From Promethearchaeia archaeon (GTDB lineage: Archaea > Asgardarchaeota > Lokiarchaeia > Sigyniarchaeales > SOKP01): DNA of 64,000 nucleotides. Under the pieces are notes generated by a model. The model did no database searches. It saw only the letters and a program-made list of their open reading frames with translations, and had not been told where the DNA came from. This document shows positions 1 to 9,907 of the stretch, piece after piece; position 1 is the first letter of the stretch, and each line of letters begins with the position of its first letter. The stretch spans positions 1 to 64,000 of the forward strand of contig JAHQWG010000039.1 of NCBI GenBank assembly GCA_029856045.1, written 5' to 3'. Made by a program: the position numbers and the translations under genes.

Positions 1-2
1 AG

Positions 3-83
3 GTGTTCGACTATAACTATGCTTTTGAAACAGCAAAAAAGATATTATTCGGAAATGAAATTATAGTTTCACACAAAAAATAA
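3..83 (+). CDS. 3' end of a gene entering from upstream (partial, unknown product)
   Basis: Open frame from the window edge (VFDYNYAFETAKKILFGNEIIVSHKK*) ending at TAA 81-83, followed by a T20 tract. Confidence 0.55.
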   Translation: MFDYNYAFETAKKILFGNEIIVSHKK

Positions 84-90
84 TAACTAC

Positions 91-110
91 TTTTTTTTTT
101 TTTTTTTTTT
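91..110 (+). terminator. oligo(T)20 tract, probable archaeal intrinsic terminator between convergent genes
   Basis: 20 consecutive T starting 8 nt after the stop codon. Confidence 0.5.
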
Positions 111-171
111 ATGTGATTATATGGTTAATGAAATAAATAATTAAAAAATAAAAATTGAATTATTTAGATTT

Positions 172-1023
172 TTATTCCTTCCCTATTTTTTTTCTTACTT
201 TTTGTAAGTCCCTATCAATAATCCAACGAACCAATTTAGGAAAGTGTCTAAACATTCTCCAAGCTAATTTTGAAACGCCAGGAAGAATCATGAATTTCTT
301 TTTTAAAATTCCTTCGATAAATGGGTCTGCTATTTCCTCGGGACTGTAAATTTTACTACGTGCTGACATCATAAGACATTCTTTTGGTTTGGTTTCATTC
401 TCTTTTGCAAATGCAGGAGTATTAGTATCTGATGGGAATAATACAGAAAAATTTAAATTATAAGGTTTTAACTCATTTCTAAGAACTTCTGCTAAACCTA
501 AAATTGCAAATTTAGCTGGTGTGTACATAGCATAACCCATCATCGGATAATAGCAGACTAATGAAGAAGTAAATGAAATAAAGCCTTTTTTAGCCTTCAT
601 AAAATATGGTAAAATAATTAAAGTTGGAATTAATTGTCCATAATAATTCCCATTTATGTGAATTTTGAAATCATCCAGTACAAGGTTTTCGATATAATTT
701 GGAATCGCAAATCCAACAAAATTAAATAAATAATCAGGAATGCCATGTTTTTCTATAAATTCTGTTAAAAGTGGTTTCAATTGTTCCATTTTTGTCGTGT
801 CACAAGAAATCATCTCAATAAATTGTTTATCGTTAGTTTTTAAACTTTCTATTTCTTTAACAGCCTTTTTTAAGTTTTCTGTATTTCGTGCAATAATACA
901 AACACTTCCACCTAATTGAACGATATTTTTGGCTGTGGCTTTGCCCATACCAGTAGAACCCCCACTTACAATAACAACTTTTCCATCTAACGGCTGTTTT
1001 TTAATTAATTTTTCTTTTAGCAT
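172..1023 (-). CDS. SDR oxidoreductase, 3-ketodihydrosphingosine reductase (KDSR/FVT-1)-like
   Basis: SGGSTGMG Rossmann motif, catalytic YxxxK (YTPAK), and a KDSR-typical segment KFAILGLAEVLRNELKPYN...FPSDTNTPAFAKENETKP. Confidence 0.8.
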   Translation of the reverse strand: MLKEKLIKKQPLDGKVVIVSGGSTGMGKATAKNIVQLGGSVCIIARNTENLKKAVKEIESLKTNDKQFIEMISCDTTKMEQLKPLLTEFIEKHGIPDYLFNFVGFAIPNYIENLVLDDFKIHINGNYYGQLIPTLIILPYFMKAKKGFISFTSSLVCYYPMMGYAMYTPAKFAILGLAEVLRNELKPYNLNFSVLFPSDTNTPAFAKENETKPKECLMMSARSKIYSPEEIADPFIEGILKKKFMILPGVSKLAWRMFRHFPKLVRWIIDRDLQKVRKKIGKE

Positions 1024-1197
1024 AAAATTATCACTCTATAGTTATAATTTTTCAATTAAAATATAATTAAACTTTAATAATAAAAATATTATACTTAATT
1101 CTTAAGCTTCTCAATAAAAATTATTTTTAGCAATAGATTCCTTATTCGATTTTTCAATTTTAAAAAATATAAATTTCATATTTCAATATTTTATTTA

Positions 1198-2478
1198 ATG
1201 GCTAAAACAAGAACTATTAAAGAAATTAAACAAAAAATCGATAAGAACACAGCTGTCGTAATAACAGCGCAAGAATTCTTAGATAAAATTGCAGAGGGTG
1301 AAAAAATTGAATTCGAAGATGTTGATGTTATTACAACTGCGACAAAAGGATTAATGAGTGGAATTGCTGGAATATTTTCTTTTCGATTAGCCGAGCCAAA
1401 AAAATATAGAAAATTTAAAGAAATAACCTTAAATGGAATTCCTGGTTATGTTGGTCCATGTCCTAATGAGTTTTTAGGCGTAATTGATGTAATTGTATAT
1501 AGTACAACGCATAGTAAAACGAGAACCAATTATACAGGTGGCTTCTTATTTAGAGATCTCGTTGAAAATAAACCAATTGAAATGAAAGCAGAAACTGAAG
1601 AAGGAGTCGTAATAGAAAAAACTTTGAGCTTAAAAGAGATGCAATTTGCAAGACTAATGGGGACTCGTCAAGCAATAAAGAATTATAGTGCAATGATGAA
1701 TCCTACTAAAGATTATGTAGAAACTATTTTTTCAGCTCTTAAATTTGAGCCAAATAATTCTCAATTAACATTTTCTGGATGTGGAGCGTTAAATCCACTT
1801 CAGAATGATCCTAATTTTGAAACTATTGGAGTGGGTACTCCTTTATTAGTTAATGGAAGTATTGGCTATGTTATGGGACCTGGAACTAGAAATTATATTT
1901 TAAAACCAAATTTAATGACTATCGCAGATTTTGAGGGAATGAAACCCGAATATATGGGTGCGTTTATGACATCATATGGGCCAGAACCAATATGTTCTAT
2001 TGCAGTAGCATTTCCTATTTTGAATGAGAAGATTTTAAACACCATGGTTAAATCAGATAAGGATGTTCCTCTTCAAATTTTAAATTTAGTTGGAAGAGAA
2101 AAAATGGGTGAAATTACTTATGGAGATGTCTGGGATAATAATTTCCTAATAACATTTGATCCTAAAAAATGTATAAATTGCGAAACTTGTCCAGTCGAAA
2201 CTGATTGCCCAACCCATGCTTTTACTGTGGAAAAGGGCATTGATAAAACAAGATGTTATAATTGTGGAGCTTGTATTCAAATGTGTCCTGAAAACGCTTT
2301 TATTGGTGATTTAAAAAGAATTAAATTTGAAGGTAAGGAAGTTCCAGTCGTGTTGCGCCAATCAGATAGATTCGGAGCAATAAAATTAGCGGAAGAATTA
2401 AAATCACTAATTTTAAAAGGGGAATTTCCTTTAAAGGAGTCTATTGCAAAAATAAAATTTTATCAATATAAGATATAA
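1198..2478 (+). CDS. DUF39/homocysteine-biosynthesis family protein with C-terminal ferredoxin domain (methanogenesis marker 16 metalloprotein-like)
   Basis: VDVITTAT..MSG, GPCPNE, SGCGALNPLQNDP motifs; CxxCxxC...CP and CxxCxxCxxxCP clusters; C-terminal RQSDR. Confidence 0.8.
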   Translation: MAKTRTIKEIKQKIDKNTAVVITAQEFLDKIAEGEKIEFEDVDVITTATKGLMSGIAGIFSFRLAEPKKYRKFKEITLNGIPGYVGPCPNEFLGVIDVIVYSTTHSKTRTNYTGGFLFRDLVENKPIEMKAETEEGVVIEKTLSLKEMQFARLMGTRQAIKNYSAMMNPTKDYVETIFSALKFEPNNSQLTFSGCGALNPLQNDPNFETIGVGTPLLVNGSIGYVMGPGTRNYILKPNLMTIADFEGMKPEYMGAFMTSYGPEPICSIAVAFPILNEKILNTMVKSDKDVPLQILNLVGREKMGEITYGDVWDNNFLITFDPKKCINCETCPVETDCPTHAFTVEKGIDKTRCYNCGACIQMCPENAFIGDLKRIKFEGKEVPVVLRQSDRFGAIKLAEELKSLILKGEFPLKESIAKIKFYQYKI

Positions 2479-2488
2479 AAATTAAAGT

Positions 2489-2941
2489 TTGAAAAATATG
2501 TCTGAAATAAAAATTCCTAAATTTGACCAAGTGGGTATTGTTGTAAAAGATATCGAAAAAGCTGCGGAGATCTTTGGAAAGCTTCTTAACTTTAGAGCTA
2601 AACTAAATATCGTTGAACAAAGTAGCGATGTAAATTATAAAGGTCAGGAAGGAACTGTGAAAATGAAAAAAATTATGCAGCATTGGGGGGATAAACAGTT
2701 AGAAATTGTGGAAGTCGTAGAAGCCACAGGACCTAATGTTTATTCCGACGCGATCGAAGCAGGACGATTTGGATTACATCACCTAGGAACATATACCAAA
2801 AACGCAGACGAAATGTTAAAATTTTTCAAAGAAAAGTATGATATCGATGTTATCCAAAGCGGAAAAGCCGGGAAAGTTAATTTTTATTACCTAAATACCG
2901 AAAAAATATTAGGATTTATTCTAGAACTTATTAATATTTAA
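2489..2941 (+). CDS. VOC/glyoxalase family protein (methylmalonyl-CoA epimerase-like)
   Basis: DQVGIVVKD, QLEIVE, GLHHLG and LELI metal-ligand pattern; the real start may be ATG 2498. Confidence 0.75.
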   Translation: MKNMSEIKIPKFDQVGIVVKDIEKAAEIFGKLLNFRAKLNIVEQSSDVNYKGQEGTVKMKKIMQHWGDKQLEIVEVVEATGPNVYSDAIEAGRFGLHHLGTYTKNADEMLKFFKEKYDIDVIQSGKAGKVNFYYLNTEKILGFILELINI

Positions 2942-2970
2942 TATTACTAATCAAATGAATGTGAAAAATT

Positions 2971-4722
2971 GTGAGTAAAGAAAAAAAAGAAGAAAGTTAT
3001 AATGGTGGGGATTTATTAGTCCAATGCTTACTTAATGAAGGCGTGGAGTATATATTTGGCATTGTAGGAGGTCAATTATTAGCGATTTATGATGCGGTAA
3101 ATCGATGGGGTAAGGATAAAGGCATCGATACCATAATGACAAGACATGAGCAAGCAGCAGGACATATGGCTGATGGCTATGCAAGAGTTACCGGGAAAAT
3201 TGGTGTATGTATGGGTACCGTAGGACCCGGAGTGACACATTTAATACCTGCTGTCGCCGCCGCATACATGGATTCGATACCTCTCCTCGTTATAGGTGCC
3301 CAAATTTTAAGGGTAGAAGACCGTAAAGGTGTTTATCAAGGCGATGTTCAACAAATAGAAATGTTGAGACCAATTACTAAGTTTCAAATTAGAGTAGAGT
3401 TACCTAATGAAATCCCCGGTGCAGTTCGGGCTTGCTTTATTGAAGCTTTATCTGGAAGACAGCGCCCAGTTTTTCTGGAGATAAGAGAATCTGCTCTAAC
3501 GGGCAGAGTTAGTAAAGAAATTATGGAACAGATATGGAGTCCAGAATTGTACAGACCTCAAACAAAGCCTTTTGGGGATCCAAAACAAATTGAGAAAGCC
3601 TTAGAACTCCTTAAAAATGCGACGAAACCGTTTTTAGTTGCTGGGGGTGGCGTAATGAGGTCAGGAGCTTGGGAGGAGTTGAGGAAATTTTCAATTAAAT
3701 ACAAAATCCCGATTGGAACAACACCTAATGGGTTGGGAGCATTGGGAGAGGATGACGAAACATTTGTTGGCACGAGCGTGGGACCAACTTATATGCAAAA
3801 TACTGCCAAAACCGCGGATGTCGTGATGGCTGTTGGTTGTAAGTGGGATTTCACTTTATTTTTCGGAGGTGCACCTTTATGGGGACCCAATCAAAAAACT
3901 ATCCATGTGGACATTGATCCTCAAGTTATAGGATTAAACCGTAAGACGGATATTGGAATAGTAGCCGATGCAAAGGCGGCTTTAATCCAAATTTTAGAGA
4001 AAAGTAAAGATTATCTTAAAGAAAATCAATTTTCTGAATGGAATGTTCAAGTTCAAGAATATAAAGAAAAACGAAAGCAATTAGAATTAAAGCCAAAAAT
4101 TTCGGAAAAAGTTCCTATTCAAACACAAAGATTACTAAACGAAATCTTCAATTTCTTTCCAAAAGAAACGATTTTTGCAATAGATGGCGGTGATCTTGCT
4201 ACTTTTTGTTGGATGCAAGTTAATACAAAGCATAGACCTCCACGAAGTAATATAGCTTCTATTTCAATGGGTCATTTAGGAGTTGGGATTCCGTATGTAA
4301 TTGGCGCAAAATTTGCATTTCCAGATAAACCATGCGTAAATATAGTAGGCGACGGCTCATTCCTATTTAATGTCCAAGAACTCGATACAGCGATAAGATA
4401 CAAATTACCAATTATAAATATAATAGCAAATAATTATGCGTGGGGTATGATTAAAAGTGGGCAGAAATATGGCTGGGATAAACGATTTTATAATGTAGAT
4501 CTTATAGGAACTGACTATGCTCAAATTGCAAAGGGTTTTGGATGTTATGGTGAAACAGTTGAAAAACCAGAAGATATTAAACCTGCCTTTCAGCGGGCGA
4601 TAGATTCGGGATTACCTGCAGTTATAAATGTAATAATGGAGTTCAAAACACCAGATGCTACTAAAATACTCCAAACAATGAAAAAAGCAGTGATTAAAAA
4701 AGCACAAAAAGCAAATCGATAA
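2971..4722 (+). CDS. thiamine-diphosphate-dependent enzyme (acetolactate synthase-like / ILVBL-HACL-like)
   Basis: RHEQAAGHMADGYAR, GPG, and the TPP motif GDGSFLFNVQELDT...NN. Confidence 0.85.
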   Translation: MSKEKKEESYNGGDLLVQCLLNEGVEYIFGIVGGQLLAIYDAVNRWGKDKGIDTIMTRHEQAAGHMADGYARVTGKIGVCMGTVGPGVTHLIPAVAAAYMDSIPLLVIGAQILRVEDRKGVYQGDVQQIEMLRPITKFQIRVELPNEIPGAVRACFIEALSGRQRPVFLEIRESALTGRVSKEIMEQIWSPELYRPQTKPFGDPKQIEKALELLKNATKPFLVAGGGVMRSGAWEELRKFSIKYKIPIGTTPNGLGALGEDDETFVGTSVGPTYMQNTAKTADVVMAVGCKWDFTLFFGGAPLWGPNQKTIHVDIDPQVIGLNRKTDIGIVADAKAALIQILEKSKDYLKENQFSEWNVQVQEYKEKRKQLELKPKISEKVPIQTQRLLNEIFNFFPKETIFAIDGGDLATFCWMQVNTKHRPPRSNIASISMGHLGVGIPYVIGAKFAFPDKPCVNIVGDGSFLFNVQELDTAIRYKLPIINIIANNYAWGMIKSGQKYGWDKRFYNVDLIGTDYAQIAKGFGCYGETVEKPEDIKPAFQRAIDSGLPAVINVIMEFKTPDATKILQTMKKAVIKKAQKANR

Positions 4723-4782
4723 AAAATTTATTTATATTTTTTTTTATTAAATAGATACTTTAATTAGAAAAAAATCAATTTA

Positions 4783-5763
4783 TTAGATTTCAACAAGGAT
4801 TTTAATAAAATCTCTTTCTCCGGGTTTAAGAAATCTTTCAAAACCTGTTTGAATCTTATCTAAAGGTATTACATCTGTAATGAAAAGAGAGGGATTAACT
4901 TTATTATCTTCAAATAATTTTATTGCTCCTAATATATCTTCTTTATCGTGCCCCATACATCCTTTAAAGCAAATTTCTTTAGAATTAATTGTAAATATTG
5001 GAAAATCGATACTTCCCTTATGAATCCCTTCGAGTAGAATCGTTCCACCTTTTTTAATAAGATCCATAGCCATTTTTATCGTATTTTCATTTCCAGCACA
5101 ATCGAAAATAAAAGTAGATTTCCCGTGGGATTTCATAAATTTTTTAACCTTCACTACTTTAGGAGGAAAAACCTCAGTGGCTCCAATCTCTTTTGCTCTT
5201 TCCCTTAAAAATTCATGAGGTTCAATTACAATAATATATTCAGGATTCTTCTCTTTTATTAAAGTATTTAAAAAGGATAAACCAATAGAACCAGCTCCAA
5301 TAATTATGATTTTTTCATTATTTCCAATATTAGATAGTGTTATACCTCTAATTGCATTTGCAAAAGTTTCAATCAAAACAGCATCTCTATTGGAAAGTGA
5401 TTCTGGGGGATGAAATACATTATTTTGATTTACTTTTACATATTCGGCGAATCCTCCATCTTGAAAGATACCCATTCCAGCTACTTGCCCTATTTCAAGT
5501 GCAACGTTCACTGCAACAACTTTATCTCCTTTTTTCCAGTTTGATACATTTTCTCCAAGTTCTGCAATTTCTCCAGAGATTTCATGCCCCATAATTAAAG
5601 GTGTTTGATAAATTTTATAGATAAAATTAGAAATATCACTTCCACAGATTCCACAGTAATGAACTCTAACAATTACCTCATCAGGTCCCGGAACTGGTTT
5701 AGGATAATCATCTCTATAAACAATTTTTTTTATATCTTCAAATACAGCAGCCTTAATTTTCAA
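4783..5763 (-). CDS. Zn-dependent medium-chain dehydrogenase (threonine/sorbitol DH-like), lacking the 4-Cys structural Zn loop
   Basis: CGICGSD, GHE, GAGSIG. Confidence 0.85.
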   Translation of the reverse strand: MKIKAAVFEDIKKIVYRDDYPKPVPGPDEVIVRVHYCGICGSDISNFIYKIYQTPLIMGHEISGEIAELGENVSNWKKGDKVVAVNVALEIGQVAGMGIFQDGGFAEYVKVNQNNVFHPPESLSNRDAVLIETFANAIRGITLSNIGNNEKIIIIGAGSIGLSFLNTLIKEKNPEYIIVIEPHEFLRERAKEIGATEVFPPKVVKVKKFMKSHGKSTFIFDCAGNENTIKMAMDLIKKGGTILLEGIHKGSIDFPIFTINSKEICFKGCMGHDKEDILGAIKLFEDNKVNPSLFITDVIPLDKIQTGFERFLKPGERDFIKILVEI

Positions 5764-5945
5764 TCATCTTAATGTGATAATTTAAAAATTTATATTATTT
5801 ATTGAACAATCAAACAATCTTTGTTATTTAAAGTTTTAAATATTAATTATAAATAAATTTACAATCAATTAAAGTTTTAAATTAATAATTAAATTATTCT
5901 AAGAGAATCTAAAAATTAAATTTCAATATTTCGATATATTAAATT

Positions 5946-7100
5946 ATGAATAGTAAAGAAAGAGTTTGGGAAGCTCTTAACTTAAAGATTCCGGATAGAG
6001 TACCAATTCACGCTATTTTCGTTGATGGGAATATTGTTAACGAGGTTTTAGGAAAACCTCCACGAACAGCGTTTGATATTATAGACGAAATGGAACAGCA
6101 ACATCCTGATGATTGGGTTGAGCAAGTCAACGGAATTATTACTGAAATCGAAATTAATGTATTTTCAAGAGCGATGGAAACAGCAGCTGCTATAGGCTAT
6201 GATACATGTGGAGTAGGATATATTCCTTTTAAATTTGAAAGTAAGGAAGAAATGACAGACATTTTTGGGCGAAAATATAAAATAATTAACCTCGACGGAA
6301 ATATATTTCCAGATTATTATGGAGGCTTAATAAAAAACCAGGAAGATTGGGAAAATTGGCCAAAGCCTGATTTAAAAGAAATCTTTAGACGAGCTAAAAA
6401 GTTTTATAAAACAATTCAGCGTCGAAGCAAGAAATTTAAAAATGATATTTGTATCATGGTAACGGACGATTTCACATCAGTATTTCCCCCTGTTTGGCAA
6501 GGTATGGGGATGGGACCTTTCGTTAGAGCACTAAAAGGTAATCCTAAATTAATTGAAGAACGATTCGAGATGACTACAGAAATCGTCCTTGGGTTGTTTA
6601 AAACTTACGCTGAATGTGGTGCAAAGGTATTTTTTGAAGGAGCTGATATTGCATTCAGAAATGGACCCCTTATTAATCCCAAATACATTGATAAATATAT
6701 ATTGCCTTGCATGAAGAAAGTTACCGAAGCGATTCATGAATGGGGTGGTAAAATAATATTTCATTCTGATGGTGATATCACATCTCTTCTCGATTTCGTA
6801 GTTAAAGCTGGATTTGATGCACTACATTGCCTCGAACCACCATATGTAGATTTAAAGTTAGTAAAAAAGAAATTAGGTGATAAATTGTGCCTGCTAGGAA
6901 ATATTGATACTACACATATCCTAGTAAATGCCAATAAAAAGGAAGTTGAGGATGCAGTAAAACACGCAATTAAAATCTTAGGTCCCGGGGGTGGGTACAT
7001 TCTTTCTCCTTCTAATTCTCATCCTGCTATGTCATATCAGCGCATTAAATGGATGATTGAAGCTACTAAAAAATTTGGAACTTATCCACTTCAAATTTAA
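5946..7100 (+). CDS. uroporphyrinogen decarboxylase / MtaA-CmuA family protein
   Basis: N-terminal MNSKERV..AL..PDRVP, IFHSDG, GNID, GGGYILSPSNS. Confidence 0.8.
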   Translation: MNSKERVWEALNLKIPDRVPIHAIFVDGNIVNEVLGKPPRTAFDIIDEMEQQHPDDWVEQVNGIITEIEINVFSRAMETAAAIGYDTCGVGYIPFKFESKEEMTDIFGRKYKIINLDGNIFPDYYGGLIKNQEDWENWPKPDLKEIFRRAKKFYKTIQRRSKKFKNDICIMVTDDFTSVFPPVWQGMGMGPFVRALKGNPKLIEERFEMTTEIVLGLFKTYAECGAKVFFEGADIAFRNGPLINPKYIDKYILPCMKKVTEAIHEWGGKIIFHSDGDITSLLDFVVKAGFDALHCLEPPYVDLKLVKKKLGDKLCLLGNIDTTHILVNANKKEVEDAVKHAIKILGPGGGYILSPSNSHPAMSYQRIKWMIEATKKFGTYPLQI

Positions 7101-7118
7101 AATAAAAAATTTTAAATT

Positions 7119-7727
7119 TTATTTATAATTTGCAAAAGATTTTGCTATAGGTGGATTAATGATTTGTTGTTCAATAATAAAACTTTGACCACAATTTACA
7201 CAATAAGTTTTGCCATTTAAATTTAAGCGATCATTCATTTTCTCAGTGAATCTAATTCCACATTCTGGGCAATAGCTATATTCTAATCCTTGCTCATGTT
7301 CTGAAGATTTACCTGTTTTTTTAGGTAATATTATAATAGATTTCTTAAGGTAGCGGTTCTCTTCAATTTTTTCATTGTATATAGGTTCAACACTTTTCTC
7401 CGAGCTTGATTTACCTGTTAATATTTCATATAATTTCCTAAAGATTATATGGAGCCCTTTAAAAAGTTTCTCCAGTATATAGAAAAGACCCATAAATATA
7501 TATTTTAACAGATAAGCAAGACCCATAAATATATATTTTAACAGATAAGCAAGACCAATAAATATATATTTTAACAGATAAGCAAGACCAATAAATACTA
7601 GCACTATAATAGCCACTGCAAGTGCAAATCCTACACATGATATGATAATTTGCTGGATCGAACTTAAGCTACTAAACCAATTTATAAAATTTTGCATACC
7701 ATTCCAACCATAAAATGCTTCTAACAA
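7119..7727 (-). CDS. membrane protein with 11-aa tandem repeats and C-terminal zinc ribbon
   Basis: Hydrophobic N-half with F[IM]GLAYLLKYI x3; CPECG...CVNCG. Confidence 0.7.
   Translation of the reverse strand: MLEAFYGWNGMQNFINWFSSLSSIQQIIISCVGFALAVAIIVLVFIGLAYLLKYIFIGLAYLLKYIFMGLAYLLKYIFMGLFYILEKLFKGLHIIFRKLYEILTGKSSSEKSVEPIYNEKIEENRYLKKSIIILPKKTGKSSEHEQGLEYSYCPECGIRFTEKMNDRLNLNGKTYCVNCGQSFIIEQQIINPPIAKSFANYK
7485..7597. repeat. 33-bp coding tandem repeat, about 3.4 copies
   Basis: Unit aagacc[c/a]ataaatatatattttaacagataagc at 7485, 7518 and 7551, partial at 7584. Confidence 0.9.
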
Positions 7728-7909
7728 CTTTCTACTCGCTTTTTTTCATTTTTTTATTTAATATTTAAATTATACGTGAAGTTATTATTATTTGATTTTT
7801 AGACCAATTATTATCAAATAGTCCAATTTTTAGCGAAAGGAACTTAAATTTTAATTAACCTCGAATATATAAGAAAATATTAAAAAAATAATTAGAGGTA
7901 TGATTATTT

Positions 7910-8695
7910 ATGGATAAAATTTTAGAAGGAAAAGTGGGTCTAATCACTGGAGCGGGTTCTGGATTTGGGCGTGAAATCGCAATCACATTTGCAAGAGAGG
8001 GGGCAAACTTAGTGTTAAACGATATCGATTTGGAATCACTTGAAGAAACAAGGGATCTTATTTTGAAATCACATGATTGTGAAATACTTCTTTACCAAAT
8101 GGATATATCTGATGCAGATAAAGTGAAAGAAATGAGTAAGGAAGTATTCAAGAAGTTTAATAATGTATTTGTCTTAGTAAATAATGCTGGAATAAATGGA
8201 GGTCTTTATAAATCATTATCTTGCCCAAATGAGAATTATGATAGGGTAATGGATGTAAATCTTAAAGGTCCTTGGTTATTAGTTAAAAATTTTTTTCGGA
8301 AAATGAGGTTACAAAAATTTGCACCTGTTACAGGTAAAATAATAAATATTGCTTCATGTGCGGGTATAGAACCAAATCCAACTATTGGGGTCTATAGTGT
8401 AAGCAAAGCAGCATTGATTTGTTTTACTAGATTGTGGGCTCTTGAATTAGCACCGAGAATCACAGTTAATTCTATTTCTCCTGGGGTTCATATTACTAAA
8501 ATATATGATAATGATCCTGAATTGGCTCAAAAACTTTTAGATTTGAGAAATGTTAAAATCCCATTGAATAGATTTGGAACAAAAGCTGATGTTGCAAATG
8601 CTTGTTTATTTTTGGCTTCACCAGCATCTGATTATATCACGGGAGAAAACATAGTTATCGATGGTGGAATGACGACATCAATCAATAAGTTATAA
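7910..8695 (+). CDS. SDR oxidoreductase (FabG-like)
   Basis: TGAGSGFG, NNAG, YSVSK, ITGENIVIDGG. Confidence 0.9.
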   Translation: MDKILEGKVGLITGAGSGFGREIAITFAREGANLVLNDIDLESLEETRDLILKSHDCEILLYQMDISDADKVKEMSKEVFKKFNNVFVLVNNAGINGGLYKSLSCPNENYDRVMDVNLKGPWLLVKNFFRKMRLQKFAPVTGKIINIASCAGIEPNPTIGVYSVSKAALICFTRLWALELAPRITVNSISPGVHITKIYDNDPELAQKLLDLRNVKIPLNRFGTKADVANACLFLASPASDYITGENIVIDGGMTTSINKL

Positions 8696-8721
8696 ATATT
8701 TTGAGATTAAAGTAGATCATT

Positions 8722-9879
8722 ATGGAATTAAAAGAGCTTTTTAGTCCGGGAAAAATTGGAAATGTTCAAATTAAAAATAGAATTATTCGATCAGCCACAA
8801 CCGAAAGGTTAGCCAATAAAGATGGCACCATAAACGATAAATATATTAAAAATTATACAGATTTGGCTGAAGGAGGGATTGGATTGATAATTTCGGGATT
8901 TATCAATATAGAGTTAGGTTATTCGGTTATGCCTAACAGCCCAGCTTTATACAATGATTCATTCATCTCAGGACAAAAAAAGTTAGTTGATGCCGTTCAT
9001 GATTATTCTGATGTAAAATTTGCGGCTCAACTTGCGCATACAGGTCGTCAAACCTCACATCCAAAATTTGAAGCCGTTGGACCTTCACCAATTCCAGATA
9101 AGTCAGTCAACCGAGTACCTCGTGAATTAACAGACGATGAAATCAAAGAAATTATAAAAAAATTTGTAAATGCAGGTCGGAGGGCTTATGAAATTGGTTA
9201 TGATATGGTGCAACTACACGCTGCACACGGATATTTACTCAGTAATTTCATTTCTCCCTATTCAAATAAACGTACTGGGGAATATGGGGGAGATACTAAG
9301 AGGAGAACTAAAATCTTAGTTGATATTTATAACCAATTGAGAGAAGAGGTTGGAAAAAACTTACCTATTATAATTAAACTACAGACAGAAGATGGTGTTC
9401 CTGAAGGTATGACCTTAGAAGAGGGAAAGAAAATTGCCAGAATTGTTATAGACACGGGTTATAATGCAATTGAAGTGTCAGGAGGGATGGGAGAATCTTT
9501 AATTGGGACTAAAAATGCACTCCCTAGTAAACAAAATATTGGTCCAGAAGAAGAAAACTACTTTCTGCAAAGTATTAAAGAAATTAGACCATATATGAAA
9601 GATTGTGCCGCTATCCTTGTGGGTGGAGTTAAAAATCCTATAACTGTTGAAAAATTTCTTCAAGATAAAATAATTGATTTCATTTCAATGTGTAGACCAT
9701 TGATTCGCGAACCAGACCTTCCAAATCGTTGGAAAAATGGTGACATATCTCCAGCACATTGTATTAGTTGCAATTCTTGTTATATGTCTGCGTTAACAGG
9801 TCCTATTTATTGTACTGTTAAAGAGAATTTAAAAAAGAAGAGATTAAGAAAAGAACAAAGATTAAAAAAGAATAAATAA
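8722..9879 (+). CDS. NADH:flavin oxidoreductase (old yellow enzyme family) with C-terminal Cys cluster
   Basis: IKNRIIRSAT, HAAHGYLLSNFISP.SNKR..EYGG, CISCNSC. Confidence 0.9.
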   Translation: MELKELFSPGKIGNVQIKNRIIRSATTERLANKDGTINDKYIKNYTDLAEGGIGLIISGFINIELGYSVMPNSPALYNDSFISGQKKLVDAVHDYSDVKFAAQLAHTGRQTSHPKFEAVGPSPIPDKSVNRVPRELTDDEIKEIIKKFVNAGRRAYEIGYDMVQLHAAHGYLLSNFISPYSNKRTGEYGGDTKRRTKILVDIYNQLREEVGKNLPIIIKLQTEDGVPEGMTLEEGKKIARIVIDTGYNAIEVSGGMGESLIGTKNALPSKQNIGPEEENYFLQSIKEIRPYMKDCAAILVGGVKNPITVEKFLQDKIIDFISMCRPLIREPDLPNRWKNGDISPAHCISCNSCYMSALTGPIYCTVKENLKKKRLRKEQRLKKNK

Positions 9880-9907
9880 CATAATATTGAAGCAAAAATA
9901 AAGGAAA

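Noticed and set aside
91-110. T20 homopolymer as a phase-variation tract
   Set aside because: It is intergenic between convergent 3' ends, so a terminator is the simpler explanation; its length may also be a sequencing artefact
7485-7597. CRISPR-like 33-bp repeats
   Set aside because: The units are head-to-tail with no spacers and lie in frame inside a CDS
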